This document shows positions 13,238-27,136 of a stretch of DNA of 64,000 nt, one piece after another. Under the pieces are notes generated by a model that was not told the origin of the DNA, ran no database searches, and was given only the letters and a program-made list of their open reading frames with translations. Position 1 is the first letter of the stretch. Every line of letters begins with the position of its first letter. The translations under genes and the position numbers were made by a program. Source of the DNA: the human T2T-CHM13v2.0 reference genome, Homo sapiens. The stretch lies in assembly GCF_009914755.1 (NCBI RefSeq), contig NC_060938.1, one strand, 5' to 3'.

Positions 13238-16200
13238 GTAGGGAGGCCGCAGGCGACACGGCTCGAGGACTCGCGCGCCGAGCCGGGGGCGCGGAGGCGG
13301 GCGGCCGGGGCTGGGGCCGGCACTGGGCCTTCCGGGCGGCCTGTGGGTCCACCGGGGTGCGGGAGTCGCCGTCAGCCTCGGCCGCCCCGCGGGACCGCGC
13401 TCCGCCGCGTGGCTTCCGCCTGCGCGGGCGTCCGCTCCTTCCTTGTCTCGTTCAGGCCCCGCAGGCGCCCCCGGGGATGCCTGGACTGGCCAGGCCGGCC
13501 CCCATCTGAGCTCCACGTTCTGGACGCGCGTGGTGTCGCGGCCGAGCTCGCAAACGCCGCCTCGGGCCTCACCGGGAAGCCGGTTCTGTCAGGCGGGGCT
13601 CCGGGTGAACAGCGCAGGCGAGGCCCCTGCCCCGCAGAGCTCACTCTGTAGAAGGGAAACAACACACGCAGCTGCGATGTTTTGCGGATACGGAAATGCT
13701 TTCTTAGAAACGGGACAGGCAGTTGCGGGCTAGAGGAATGGGGGCGAGGCTCTTTAGGTTAGGTGATCCGGGAGGGCATCTCAGAGGATGTGACCTTTGA
13801 CTTGAGACCTGAGAGGGGAGGCCGACCCCTGAGGATAGCAGCCAGGCCTGGGGACCGCGAGGCCGCCCGTTATTTCCCTGTCACATCGCGGGGAGGCCCC
13901 GTGATCCTGTACTTGAGGGTCTGTCTGGTGCAAGGCAGTTAGAGCCGCTTGTGTGTTTTGCAAGGGACTTTCATAACCGTTTGACAGTTCCTCCTCATTC
14001 TGTCCTTACCTGGCAGGGTGGCATCCTTTACTGTTGCAGCTCCATTCAGGGGCAACGCATAGTTTTTCCTACCACCGAAATAGTATTGTGGTTCTCGTCT
14101 CAAAACTCTTAGGTGGTAGAATTAAATTCGACAGACAGCAGCAGAGTCAGACACTATAGGTTCCTGTTGAGGCCACCCATTTTTCTGATGTCCTTTCTTT
14201 CAAGTCACTCATTTTTGTTTTCCTTTGTATAGACTCTTCCCTTCCCTTTCCTGTGTCCCTTTCTTGGAACAACTTGGAAATACAATTTGCTATTGGGAGG
14301 ATGTTGGTTTTAGGGAACTGTTGAAGAACTTCATTAATTATTGTGTGTGTGTTTTTCTTTTCTTCTTCTTTTTTTTTAAACTGGAATTGCCCATCTGTTG
14401 AGACTGAAATTCAAGAGTAAAAAAAAGTAGGGCAGCATTTATTTTCAAGAGTTGACAATAAAGGCACCTTTCTTTATGACATGCTGAGCATGATACTTTG
14501 GGGGAGAATTTAATCTAGAATTTTGAAGCATTTTCAGAAGGAAGCAAGGGTTCTTTATATAGTCATTTTATGTAGGTTACGTTTATGTTCTTCAAAATGG
14601 CATGTAGTGATTGGAATTAAATTTCTGGGTAGATAAGATTATGTTCATCTGTTACCTATAGAAGGGAATGTAACTTAAGTAGTCACTTAATAATAGCTTT
14701 CTCTGTTGATGCTACCACAGATGGTATTCTCTACATCTCAACATTGCTGATCAGATTCTGTGTTAATACAGTAACACAACTTGAATTTAATAACAATAAA
14801 CTTGTGTTAGGCGTTACTGTCAATTTAGTTCTGGTATCCAGTACAAATACCAGTTTTATAGTGCAATGTCTTCTTGTTATGTTCAGTGCTGCAAAAATTA
14901 TGAGAGGATATTTGTTAAACAAATGAGATAATGGAGTAATGTGTTAAGCATAGAGCCTGGCATATAGTAAGTTAGTAAGTGCCCAGGAAATGGTTATATG
15001 GAAAGCTTATGCTAAGTTTTATTCCAGTATGCAAGTGTGTATTTTAAAAATAACAGTAATGCATTCAAAATGTTGACAGACCCTAAAATTAAATTTCTTA
15101 AAGGAAATAGGCCAGCTTTTTTTTTTAACTTTGAGAACTAATGTGAAATAATAATAAATATATAAGTGAAATGTCCCAGATGTCTAGAAATGAAAAAACA
15201 AGATTTTAATTTTGACAGCTATATTTTTTTTTCTTAAAAGCATCCCTAATAAGATATAATGTACTATGATTAGGATTATGATTTGAAAAATAAAACTTTA
15301 AAAATATTTTTGATTTGAAAAATAAAACTTATTTGGAAATGAAGCGAAGCTTTAAGATTTACCTTATATCAAATGAAGGATGTCTCCTGAATTTATGCAA
15401 ATGTGCAAATGCTTATATCTCCGTAGATCAGGCAGTGAGCCTAATGGGAATTAAATGCTGCCTCTTTGTGCGTGTGAGTGAGGCTTTCATGAAAATTGCT
15501 CTTGATGGGTTCTGAGAATGGATTGGTAGCTGAATAGGACTGGAGAATATTTTTCAGACTGGTAGGATATTTTACATGCTTGCCAGGGTTATTTTTCGGA
15601 GTAAGGAGAAATGGACTCATTTATTCAGCAGAGATCACGTGCCCCCTATTTACAAGGAATTGTGCTAGGTGCAAAGTCTATTGCTATTGTAGTGTTTTGC
15701 TGAAGCAAGTTTTCTTTGTTTTAAATTAGTGTACGTCTTTTTTTTTTTTTTTTTAACTTTATCTAGCATCCAGCACAGAATAATCCAATAAATGTGTAGG
15801 GCGCATTTGAAAAACTGCACTATTAATGTTAAAATGTAGAAAATGTTTAATAAAGGTACAAGATTAATTTAAAAGGGTGATAGAACCCTAATAAAACATT
15901 TAGGTAGGTGTTGTAACCAAGATGTATTTTTACTCTAGGATAAGTTTGGCTCTTTTGATCAAAATTCCTGTGAATATATTTCTACTTGCCATTATAAAGA
16001 TGCAGAGGGCTCTGTCCTTTGAATTTTTTCCCTTTGGTGCTTGAATGATATTTAAGCACCCAGCATTCTGAAGTTGCTGTTTTGAAGTAATTTCATGCAC
16101 TTTCCCAATTACTCCTGCTCCATCTCTCCCAATGTTGTCTTAAATCTTTGCACTCAAATTCAAGCACATCCTACTCCTCCTGTTCTGAGTGACATATGGG

Positions 16201-17340
16201 CAACACTTTAAAAAAGAAAAGCTCTCTAGAAAATCTAGAGAGGTACGAGCGATGGCCCTTCTCCCATATTAGGAGTTAGATTTTTAGTATTCATCAATAA
16301 ATACTGATGAGAAGAAACTGCTCTACTTTTACCAACATTCTTCAGGAAATTTATTAAGATTTTTATTAGCCACAGTATCTTTGTCAGCTTGGAAACATAT
16401 ATGTTTGTGAATCACATTTATTTAGTCTTTAGGTAAGTATATGGATTTTGATGATTCTTTGCAGTTACTCCTATCTCTCTATGGGTTTCTTGCCCATAGG
16501 ATGGGAACCAGTACTCTAGGATTTGAAAATTAAGGTAGATACTGTTCACACTGGCAAATATTTAAGATGAATATTAAACGTGTATACTAAAATGTTTATT
16601 GGTAAGTAATTCATTAAATGGGAAGATATACTAGATGAAGTAAATAATTAAATTGCAAGCACAAGCAAATTAAATTTGAGATTTGGGAATGGTCTGTCAT
16701 ATACTTTTAAAGCAAATATCATACTGATAATGGAAGGACACGTGTCTTGTGGAGCTCAGTATCAGGAACAATATAGTTGGTCCTGCAGGGGACTAAACAT
16801 GAGAACTGAAAGTCATTAGGAACACGAGCAGCCTCATTCCACTGTTCCAGGGACCTTATAATTTCTTTCTGTGTATTTATTTTATTTTCTTTTTGAGGAC
16901 CGTCTGTCTGGCTGTTTGTATGTCGGCAGATATGTCTGCTCTAGACTTAGATACTTGCTTTAAGAATCCAAAAGAGATTGCATTATCTAATTGTCATTTA
17001 TATCTAAAATTAAACAAACCATGAAGTTAGACATAGCTAAGATAACCACAGCTTTATTTCAGGTTAATTGCTTTTCTTAGATTGTTTTTATCAAGTGACA
17101 GCTAAAGAAAAGTCATCATTTGATGACACTAAGTATTAGTGCATTGTGATTGCGTTTCACAATATTAAGTGTTAGAAAGAACTATTAGACCTTAAGTATT
17201 TATAGAATGTGTCTGGAAGACACAGGGAGAGAAACTGTTAATGTTTCTACTGTAGTCTTTAGAGTTGCTTTTTTCACATCTTATTGCAGTTTACTATGTA
17301 ATTTGGCAACAGCTATCAACATAGAGATTATATGTAATTA

Positions 17341-17769
17341 CAGTGTACCCTTGAACAACTCAGGGGTTGGGAGTGCTGACCCCCATGCAGTTGAAAATCC
17401 ATGTATAAGCTTTGACTCCTCAAAAGCTTAACCACTCATAGCCTGTTGACCAGAAGCCCTACCAATAGCATAAACAATTAACACATATTTGTATATGTAC
17501 TATATGCTATATTCTTACAATACAATAAGCTAGAGAAAAGAAAATATTATTAAGAAAACCCTAAGAAAGAGCAAATATATTTATTGTTCATGAAGCGGAA
17601 GTGGGCCATCTTAAAGGTCTTCATCCTCATTGTCTTGGTGTTGAGTAGGCTCAGGAGGAGGAACAAGAGGAGAGGTTGGTCTTGCTGTCTTGGAGTGGCA
17701 GAGGCAGAAGAAAATCTGTGTATAAGTGGACCTGCACAGTTCACACTCATGTTGTTCAAGGGTCAGCTG
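17341..17769. mobile_element. Tigger2a-like non-autonomous DNA transposon, complete
   Basis: TIRs cagtgtacccttgaacaac / gttgttcaagggtcagctg flanked by TA on both sides. Confidence 0.88.
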
Positions 17770-17924
17770 TATGCATTTTTTTCTTAGAGGTAATCTGTTA
17801 TTTGGGAATCAGGAAAAAAGTTTTAAAATTCATTTTTTAAAAATAAGTTCAGGTTATAACATTTAAGAAGTTTAATCTTGTTTTTTCAGACTTGCAGAAA
17901 ATACTTTAGAAATGCTGACTCTAA

Positions 17925-18555
17925 AATTTATCTTTCATATGTTGCTGGTAGGAATGTAAAATGATATAACCACTCTGGAAATTAGTTTGGCAATTTCTCG
18001 AAAAGTTAAACGTACATTTGACACACAATCCAGCGATTGCACTCCTGAGCCTTTATCCTAGAGAAATAAAAACGTTCACAAAAAAACCTGTACATGAATG
18101 CTCGTAGAAGCCTTGTTTATAATAGCTAAAAACCAGAAACAACTCACATGTCCTTCAGTGGGTGAATGGTTAAATAAAATGTGATAGTCTTGCGGTAGAA
18201 CACCACCATCAAAAAAAGAAACAAACTGTTGGTTCATGCAGCAACTTGGTTGGAGTTTAAGGGCATTGTATTGAGTGAAAAAAGCCAGTCTCAGAGATTG
18301 TATGATTCCATTTATATAGGATTCTCAAAATGACAAAATTATAGAAATGCAGAACAGACCGGTTTTGCTGGGGTTAGGGCTGACTTTCTTTGAGATGATA
18401 GAACAGTTCAGTGTCTTGTTTATGGTGATGGTTACATGAATCTGTACACATGACACAATGTCCTAGAATTAGACACACAAAAGAATGTAAAAGCTGACAT
18501 TTCAATAAGTAGTTCAGTGATGAATATTGTATTAGTGTCACTTTCCTGCTTTTGA
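17925..18555 (+). mobile_element. Old L1 (L1M) 3' region
   Basis: ttgctggtaggaatgtaaaatg...agtttggcaatttct...gggtgaatggttaaataaa. Confidence 0.8.
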
Positions 18556-18806
18556 TAATTGCACAGTGCTTGTCCATTTTATGGCTGTATCACATTTAAC
18601 CATTTACCCATGGAAGGCCATGTGGGTTGTTTCTGGTTTTTGGTGATTGAAGGTAAAGCTGCTATGAACATTAATGTACAGGTTCTTTTGTGACTGTAAG
18701 TTTTAATTGTTCTAGAATAAATATCTAGAAATTCAACTGCTGGGTCATATAGTGATAAAACCTTGAGCCCTCTTATTCTGTCCCAGGTGGGGTGTAAATC
18801 ATCCCT

Positions 18807-19477
<671 letters not shown>

Positions 19478-19489
19478 GTTTGAGAGATA

Positions 19490-20120
19490 CAGTTTCTCCA
19501 CAACCTCACTACCATTTGGTATTGGTGATATTTTTTGTGCGTACTGGTATCTTGTCATGGCTTTAATTTGCATCCTAATGGCTGATGATTTCATGTGCTT
19601 ATTTGCCATTCATATTTTTTTTGGTGATTTGTCTGTTCAAGTCTTTTACCCGTTTTGTGATTGGTTTGTTTTCTTACTGATTTTAGAGCATTCTTTATAT
19701 GTTGTGTATACAAAATCCTTTGCCAAATATATGATTTGTAAATATATTCTCTCAGTCTCTGGCTTGTCTTTTCATTCTCTTAACAGTGTCTTTAGCAGCA
19801 AAAAAGTTTCAAATTTTGTTAAAGTCCAACTTCTCAATATATGGATCGTGTTTTTAGTGCCTATCTTAGAACTCTCTGCCTAACTCTAGGTCAGGAGGTT
19901 GTTCTCATTTTTTCTTCTGTTTTACCCTTATATGTCTTACATTTAGATCCGTGATCCTTTTTGGTTTCATTTTTGCACAGGATGTGAGCTTTAGATCTTG
20001 GTACATTTTTCTTTTCCTTTTGTCCATGGATGTCCAGTTGTTCCAAAACCATTTGTTGAAAAGTCTACCCTTTCTCCATTCAATAAGTTTTAAAAATCAA
20101 AAATCAGTTGGCCATATACT
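19490..20120 (-). mobile_element. Old L1 fragment
   Basis: ttaatttgcatc...tttgccattcatat...tgtccagttgttccaaaaccatttgttgaaaag. Confidence 0.8.
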
Positions 20121-20859
20121 GTAAATTAGGTATCAAAACAAAGACAGGAAGAAATGAATGAGCAATTAACTATTAATAAATACAGGTTTATTGAAGGTAT
20201 AACATGGCTGGAGTCTGGAAAAAGTGGGAAAACATTTTAGAGAATAACATGGGCAAAGATCTGTTCTAGAGAAAATAAGTAAGAACTGGCTGTTTTTGGG
20301 AGTCATGCAAGTGAAGGGAAGTAGAGAAGTAAAGGAAGGATCATTGGTTCGTGAAAAAGAAAGAGTATATAAACTTCTGGCTAGATTGAAGCATTTGTAA
20401 TCAGTTTCATTGGCTATTAGGAAGGTGCTGTATATTCTTAATCAGGAAAATGGTATGATAGAAATGGTATTAAAGAGAAGTTGTTTTAGGACCATTTGTG
20501 GCAGTGATACGTTGGTAGGAAGAACAGGATATAATCATGACCCTTGACTTACAACTTTGTTTTACAAATATCTGCCAGAAAGCTAAAAAAGTGGTGTTAC
20601 TTCAGAATGTTATAAATTCCTAGTATTTTCTAGAAGGCAGTGGTAGATTTCAAACTTTTGCTGCTGTCCTCAGTGATGGATATGGAGAAGTCAGCAGGAC
20701 TTCCAAACTGTTTCGTATTTATGCTACTGTTATTAAGTTGTACATTTGGGAAAAAGAGTAGTTTCCGTTGGCTCATTGTTGATGTGGGTGACATTTCTTA
20801 CCAGGCCTGAAAAGAGTCCAAGCGTTGAGCAACTGAAATGATAAAAACATGAAGAGTTC

Positions 20860-21100
20860 ATAAATCGGTCCAATGAGGAAAAGTTAATGGGATCAGATTT
20901 ATTTATCATGGCAAAGAGGAGACTCAGGGGTTATTTAATCAGTATGTCCTGATACTTGTATGTGAAGAACTATACAGAGAATGATGATGACCAGCTGTTC
21001 TTCAAAATCCTGAGGACTGCATAAGAACAAATGGCTCAAATTGCAGCTTTAAGGTTTTGGTCTTAGGGAAGAATTTCCGGACAGTAAAGACATTATATAT
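20860..21100 (+). mobile_element. CR1/L3 fragment
   Basis: gaggagactcagggg...aagaacaaatggctcaaattgcagc...aagaatttcc resembles the CR1 ORF2 3' end. Confidence 0.55.
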
Positions 21101-22599
21101 TTCATGTGAGATATTAAAGGATACACTAGAAACCTAGATGTAGTATAGGAACATTTTGCTTGTAGTCAGGGGGATGTGAAAGATAACAGATCTATGTTTT
21201 TGCCCTCGAGTCCTATTAAATTCATGAGCAAAAGTACTCACTTTCCATTTTGTTAGTGCCTACTTCAGTTGTTAGTTTCTTTCTCCATGCAAATTATACT
21301 CTTCCCCTCCCCTGCCGTTTATCTGTGGGGATCTCTTTGGTTTCTGCTTTCTTTTGTGCATTTAAAAGATTATCATGGCTGTAGATTAGACTTAAGTCAT
21401 TTTAAAAATAATCAGTCAACAAATAGAACCTGTATAGTGTCGAACTACTAGAAATCAATGCATTTCTGTTCCTATTTAGAACATGGAAAAATGTATCATT
21501 CCATTAAGAAAAAAATCAGTGATGACTTGTTGAGGCAAGGATTTTACAGTGTAAGAGGTTACCATTGACACATGTTAATGAAAGAAGGGCAGTGTTAAAA
21601 GCTTTCATGCAACATCTCACATGTTTTTAAAGTACCTGTTCTGTTTGATTTAACTTCCTTATTCTGATTCTTTTCTACTTGTCTAGATCTTTTTTTCCAC
21701 TGAAATGTTGAGATTGACCAAGAATATTTCACTTGTGATTTGCAGCCCTTCAGTATTATCACAGAGAATTTTTCTTTTTTTTTTTTTTTTTCTGCAGAAG
21801 AGCAAGCTCTTATAGTGCTATGCAAGCTGCCCATTTAAAACTATCATTGCTTGGCACCTATGCCCTAGTGACAGTTTGACCAACATGTGAGCAGGCATAC
21901 TGCCATCCTGACAGATGGGCGTGAGTATAGGCAGCCAAGAAACCATGTATCTGCATCTAGTGTATTTGTTAAGGGCAGGATTCCCAGTCGGGGATGTTCA
22001 AACGTCTGTCCATTCTGAGCTTTCACGCCTATGGATAAAAGGATGTCATCATTAATCCCATCCTCCATGGGTATATAAGAGCTTCTTGGCTCTTACAGAA
22101 GTAGGCAATTGGGGACAATCAGGATAATTGTTCTCTTCTTCATCACAGGACTACTTCAAATAATCCTTTCCTCTTTCTCCTAGCCAGCTAGGTTTACAGT
22201 GAGTACAAACCTGTTCAGACATTGTCCTGATACTTGTGGAATATGTGCTTGTTCATTTCTTTTCCAGAGTGTGAAAGCTTTGAAAGTCATTTGATGTTTA
22301 TGCTTTGGACAGTGACATATAAAATTGGGTCAGGTAGATCTAGTTCAAATATTGACTGCTGTGTGACATTAGAGCAATTCAATTTAGCATCAAATCAAGG
22401 TAAAATAATACCTATCTTAGAGTTGTTGAATTAACTGCAAACTGTATACATGAGTCATTTGGTGTAATGTCTGGCCCACAGTAAGTGTTCAATAAATGTT
22501 TGTCATCATCATCATTTTCACTTTGATATACCTGAAGGTATTTTTCTCTGGAGAGGTATCTGAAACAAAACTTTTTTCAATTCACTCTCACTTCCCATC

Positions 22600-22770
22600 A
22601 TTCCCCTCCCTCCCTCCCTCCCTTCCTTCCCTCCTTCCCTTCCTCTCGCTCTGTCAACCAGGCTGGAGTGCAGTGGTGCGATCATAGCTCACTGCCACCT
22701 TGATTTCCTGGGAGCAAATGATCCTCCTCCTGAGTAGCTGGAATGACAAGCCACCATTCCTGGCCCACCA
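22600..22770 (-). mobile_element. AluJ/FRAM-like monomer with (CCTT/CCCT)n tail
   Basis: ccaggctggagtgcagtggtgcgatcatagctcactgc. Confidence 0.8.
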
Positions 22771-22844
22771 TTCTTGTGACATCATCACATGGTCTGGTCT
22801 ATGATGAAATGCCTCCAACGACAGAGAACTCACTATCTCTAGGG

Positions 22845-22968
22845 CAGAATTTCTCAACCATGGGACTGTTGACATTTTACATGGGTCACTGTTTGTTCTC
22901 TGCACTGTGGGATGTTTAGTGGCATCTCTGGCTACAGAGACAAAATCATCTCTGGTTGAGAACCACTG
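22845..22968. mobile_element. MER20 (hAT) element
   Basis: TIR cagaatttctcaacca / tggttgagaaccactg; 8-bp TSD ctctag(g/a)g. Confidence 0.85.
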
Positions 22969-23708
22969 CTCTAGAGACAGCCTATCCTATTTTTATTAAA
23001 GTTTTGACCATTAGAAAATTCTTTCTTACATTGAGTGGAAGTCTACTTAATTTCTTCTACTCACTTCTGCCTTTTGGAGAAATGTGGAACAGGCTGAATC
23101 CCTCTTCCACGTAACATCCTTTCAAATATGTGAAAATAGTCATCAAGTATTCTCAGTCTTTTTGATTTGAAACATCTCCAGTTCATTAGCTATTCCTTAC
23201 ATGGCATGGTTTCATGTCAGTTTACCACATTGGTGGCTTTCCTCTTTTTAAAAAAATTTCATTTTAAACTGTAGTGCTTTGAATTGAATTCTGTGCTCCA
23301 GACATGGCTTGATACGTGAGAAATAGAGTTGTATCTCTTGTTCTAGATATAACACTTTTCTTCTGTGAGTTAAGGGAAGAATATCACCTTCCTTCTTCTA
23401 CATAATTTTATTAATATTAGCTATATCCTTTTGTGACCACATCATACATTGAACATAAAGTTGAATAAAATCCCTGCATCTATCTAAGCTATGTCTTTTC
23501 ATCCTGTTTGTATGCATTAGTTTTGGGGTCCAACCATGGGAGCTTATGTTTGTCTTGTTAAATTTCTTTTTATTGAATTTAACTAACTGCAACTTTTAAA
23601 GATATTTTGGAATCCTAGTTCTTGGTTTAATTGGCAGTTTCTAGCCTAAAAGAACATGTATGTGATGATGCTATGCACTGAGATTGGAAATACAAGAGAA
23701 AGAAGTCA

Positions 23709-23824
23709 CTCTCTCTGTCTCTCTCTTTCTCTGTCTCTCTCTCTGTCTCTCCCTCCCTCTCTCTCTGTCTCTCTCCCTCTCTCCCTCTCTCCCTCTCTCC
23801 GTCTCTCTCTCTCTCTCTCTCTCC

Positions 23825-23873
<49 letters not shown>
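23709..23873 (+). repeat. Compound microsatellite: ~120-nt imperfect (CT)n followed by (TG)23
   Basis: Direct reading; (TG)23 at 23828-23873. Confidence 0.97.
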
Positions 23874-23874
<1 letters not shown>

Positions 23875-24576
23875 ATGTGATTGAAAAGAGATTGAGTATG
23901 GAAGCCTGGGTAATACCAATATTAAGAGGCAGCTGGGCAGAAAGGAAGTAAGAAAGGAGACCAAGAAGTGGTGGTCAAAAAGTTGGGATGAAAATAATAG
24001 GAGTATCTTGTAATGCTGGAGTGACTCTGTGTTAAGTACTGTGGTAGATACTTGAATAAAAAATGAATAGGACATGGTCCCTGCTTTCTGCCCCTGTTTT
24101 TGTTTAATTGTTCAGTTTATGGAACTGCCTAGTCAGTCATTCCTGAAGACTTGGAAGTCATCCTTTATTTCTCCCTCATACCCTTGCCTCTTTGGGTTAC
24201 CAAGCTCCATTGATTAAAAAAATTTTTTTGAAGTGTAACAAAAAGGTGCACAAGCATCAAGCTCAATTATTTTTAAAGTTTTACAAAGTGAACACCCTGT
24301 AATCACTACTACCCAGATCAAGATACTCATTTTCTAGCCCTCAGAAGCCCAGATTATGTGGGGATATCTTGCAGACAGTAGTTACTCCCACCCAAGGTAA
24401 ACACGATTCTGACTTACATAACTATAGTTTTACCTGGTTTTGAACTCATGTGTAAATGGAATAATGCCCTCTGGACTTTTTTTTTTTTTTTTTGCTTGAC
24501 TTCTTTTACTCGATGTTGTGTCTGAGATTCATTCATGTTGTTGCATGTAGTTTGTTATTTTTAAAAATAGCTCTGT

Positions 24577-25171
24577 AGTTGTGGTTATCTATCCCTGCAT
24601 AACACACTAGTTTTGATTATTGGTTATTGCGTAACACACCACTCCAAACTTACTAGTGTAAAATAACAACCATTTTATTATGCTCATGGATTCTGTGGAT
24701 TGGGAATTTGGTGGTTATGGCTTATCACTGCCCTACGATGCTTGGGGTCTAGAATCATTTAGAGGCTTCTCCACTTTCCTGTATGGTACCTTGACTAGAA
24801 CGTCTAGAAGACTGGGATCATCTGATACTGTTGACCAAACCTACATGTGGGGTCAGGAGGTTTTGGCTTTTCACAGCATGTTGGCTGAGTACCTTGACTA
24901 GAACGTCTAGAAGACTGGGATCATCTGATACTATTGACCAAACCTACATGTGGGGTCAGGAGGTTTTGGCTTTTCACAGCATGTTGGCTGAGTGTCCAGA
25001 GGAAGCTTCCTGAGAGTGGCTTATCTTCAGAAGTCATATAATCTCACCTCCACCATACTCTATTGGTTGACAAAGACACAGCCTGCCTGGATTGAAGGGG
25101 AGGGGACATAGACCTCATGTCTTTATGAGAGGTGTGTCAAAGAATTTGTGGTCATTTTTAAAAACTACCAC
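24577..25171 (-). mobile_element. MLT1G/H-like MaLR LTR containing a tandem duplication
   Basis: aacaaccattttattatgctcatggattctgtgg...ccatactctattggttga...aaaactaccaca. Confidence 0.75.
24786..24993. repeat. 103-bp tandem duplication (2 copies, 1 mismatch)
   Basis: 24786-24888 equals 24889-24991 except G24830/A24933. Confidence 0.97.
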
Positions 25172-25260
25172 AAATTACATAGCAAAATTCATTTATTCAT
25201 TCCATTTTAGGTATTTGAATAGTTTCTATTTTGAGGCAATTATGAACAATGTTGCTATAA

Positions 25261-25701
<441 letters not shown>

Positions 25702-26693
25702 TAGTTTTAATAGACACTGCCAAATTGTTTTTCATCCTTGTTGTACCTATTTATACTTTTACCAACATATGAAAGTTCCGGTTACTCTGCAGCTTTGCTT
25801 CCCTTGATATTGTCAGTTAAATATTACAAAAAATTAATCACTAGTGGCTGTATAGAAGATCTTAGTGTGGTTTTCGTGGGCATTTCTCTAATCACTGATA
25901 ATTTGAGCACTTCTTCATATGCTTGTTGGCCATTTGGATACCCTCTGTTATAAAGTTCCTGTTCAAGTCTTTTGTCCATTTTCAACAGATTGGATTGTCT
26001 TTTTTCTTATTGAAATGTGGAGTTTATAAGGTATCTGGATATGAATCCTTTGTCGAATATGTGAATTATAAAAATCTTCCTGTCTTACAGCTTGTCATTT
26101 CACTCTCATAAAGTTTTTGATGAACTGAAATTCTGAATTTTAATCAATTCCAATGTATCCATCTTTTCCTTTACGGGTAGTGTTTTTTTGTGTTTAAGAA
26201 GTTTTTGCTACTCTAGGGCGATGAAGCTATTTTCTTATGTTATCTTCTAGAAGCTTTAGTATTTTGCCTTTCAGATTTAGGTCAAAGTCCCCAGGAATTT
26301 GTTTGTGTGTTATGAGGTAGGGATCAAGCCTTCTTTTACTTTTTTCATATGGTTATCTATACAAGTAGTAACAGGTGGCATTGGGTCTGTTGGACACAAG
26401 CCTGGGAGTTAGGATTCCAGTATTCTCCACCTTAGATTACCTTTAATGAGCCTTCTGCACTTGGGCATATTCTTAAATCCGTCTTGACTCAGCTTCATTT
26501 GTGAAATGAAGGATTTGAATGGAATGTTTTCTGATTTTCATTCTGACTGTGGTTTGTTAGATCTCTACCTACTTTTGTAGTTGTATTGAGGCTTGTTAGA
26601 ATCTTCTTATATCTGGATTGTGTTATCTAAAATATTCATAACATCTCCCAGCTTTATGTTGTTCCCAGTTCGAATGTGCCATCTAGAACTTAG

Positions 26694-27136
<443 letters not shown>

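Larger units (their letters stand above)
12950..13900. promoter_or_regulatory. CpG island / TATA-less VRK1 promoter and start of intron 1
   Basis: Abrupt rise in GC and CpG density relative to the AT-rich, CpG-depleted flanks. Confidence 0.95.

Noticed and set aside
12908-13733. Several long overlapping ORFs (up to 202 aa) on both strands
   Set aside because: Pro/Arg/Gly/Ala-rich shadows of the CpG island, where stop codons are rare; no recognisable domain; they cross the exon 1 donor.
14005-14018. CTTACCTGGCAGGG, identical to 14 nt of the U1 snRNA 5' region
   Set aside because: Similarity stops there, with no TSD or tail; plausible chance match, not a U1 pseudogene.
23656-24075. ORFs with SLSL/CVCV/HTHT/ERER runs
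   Set aside because: Translations of the microsatellite.
24786-24993. CRISPR-like or other array interpretation of direct repeats
   Set aside because: Two-copy tandem duplication without spacers, in eukaryotic DNA; no array anywhere in the window.
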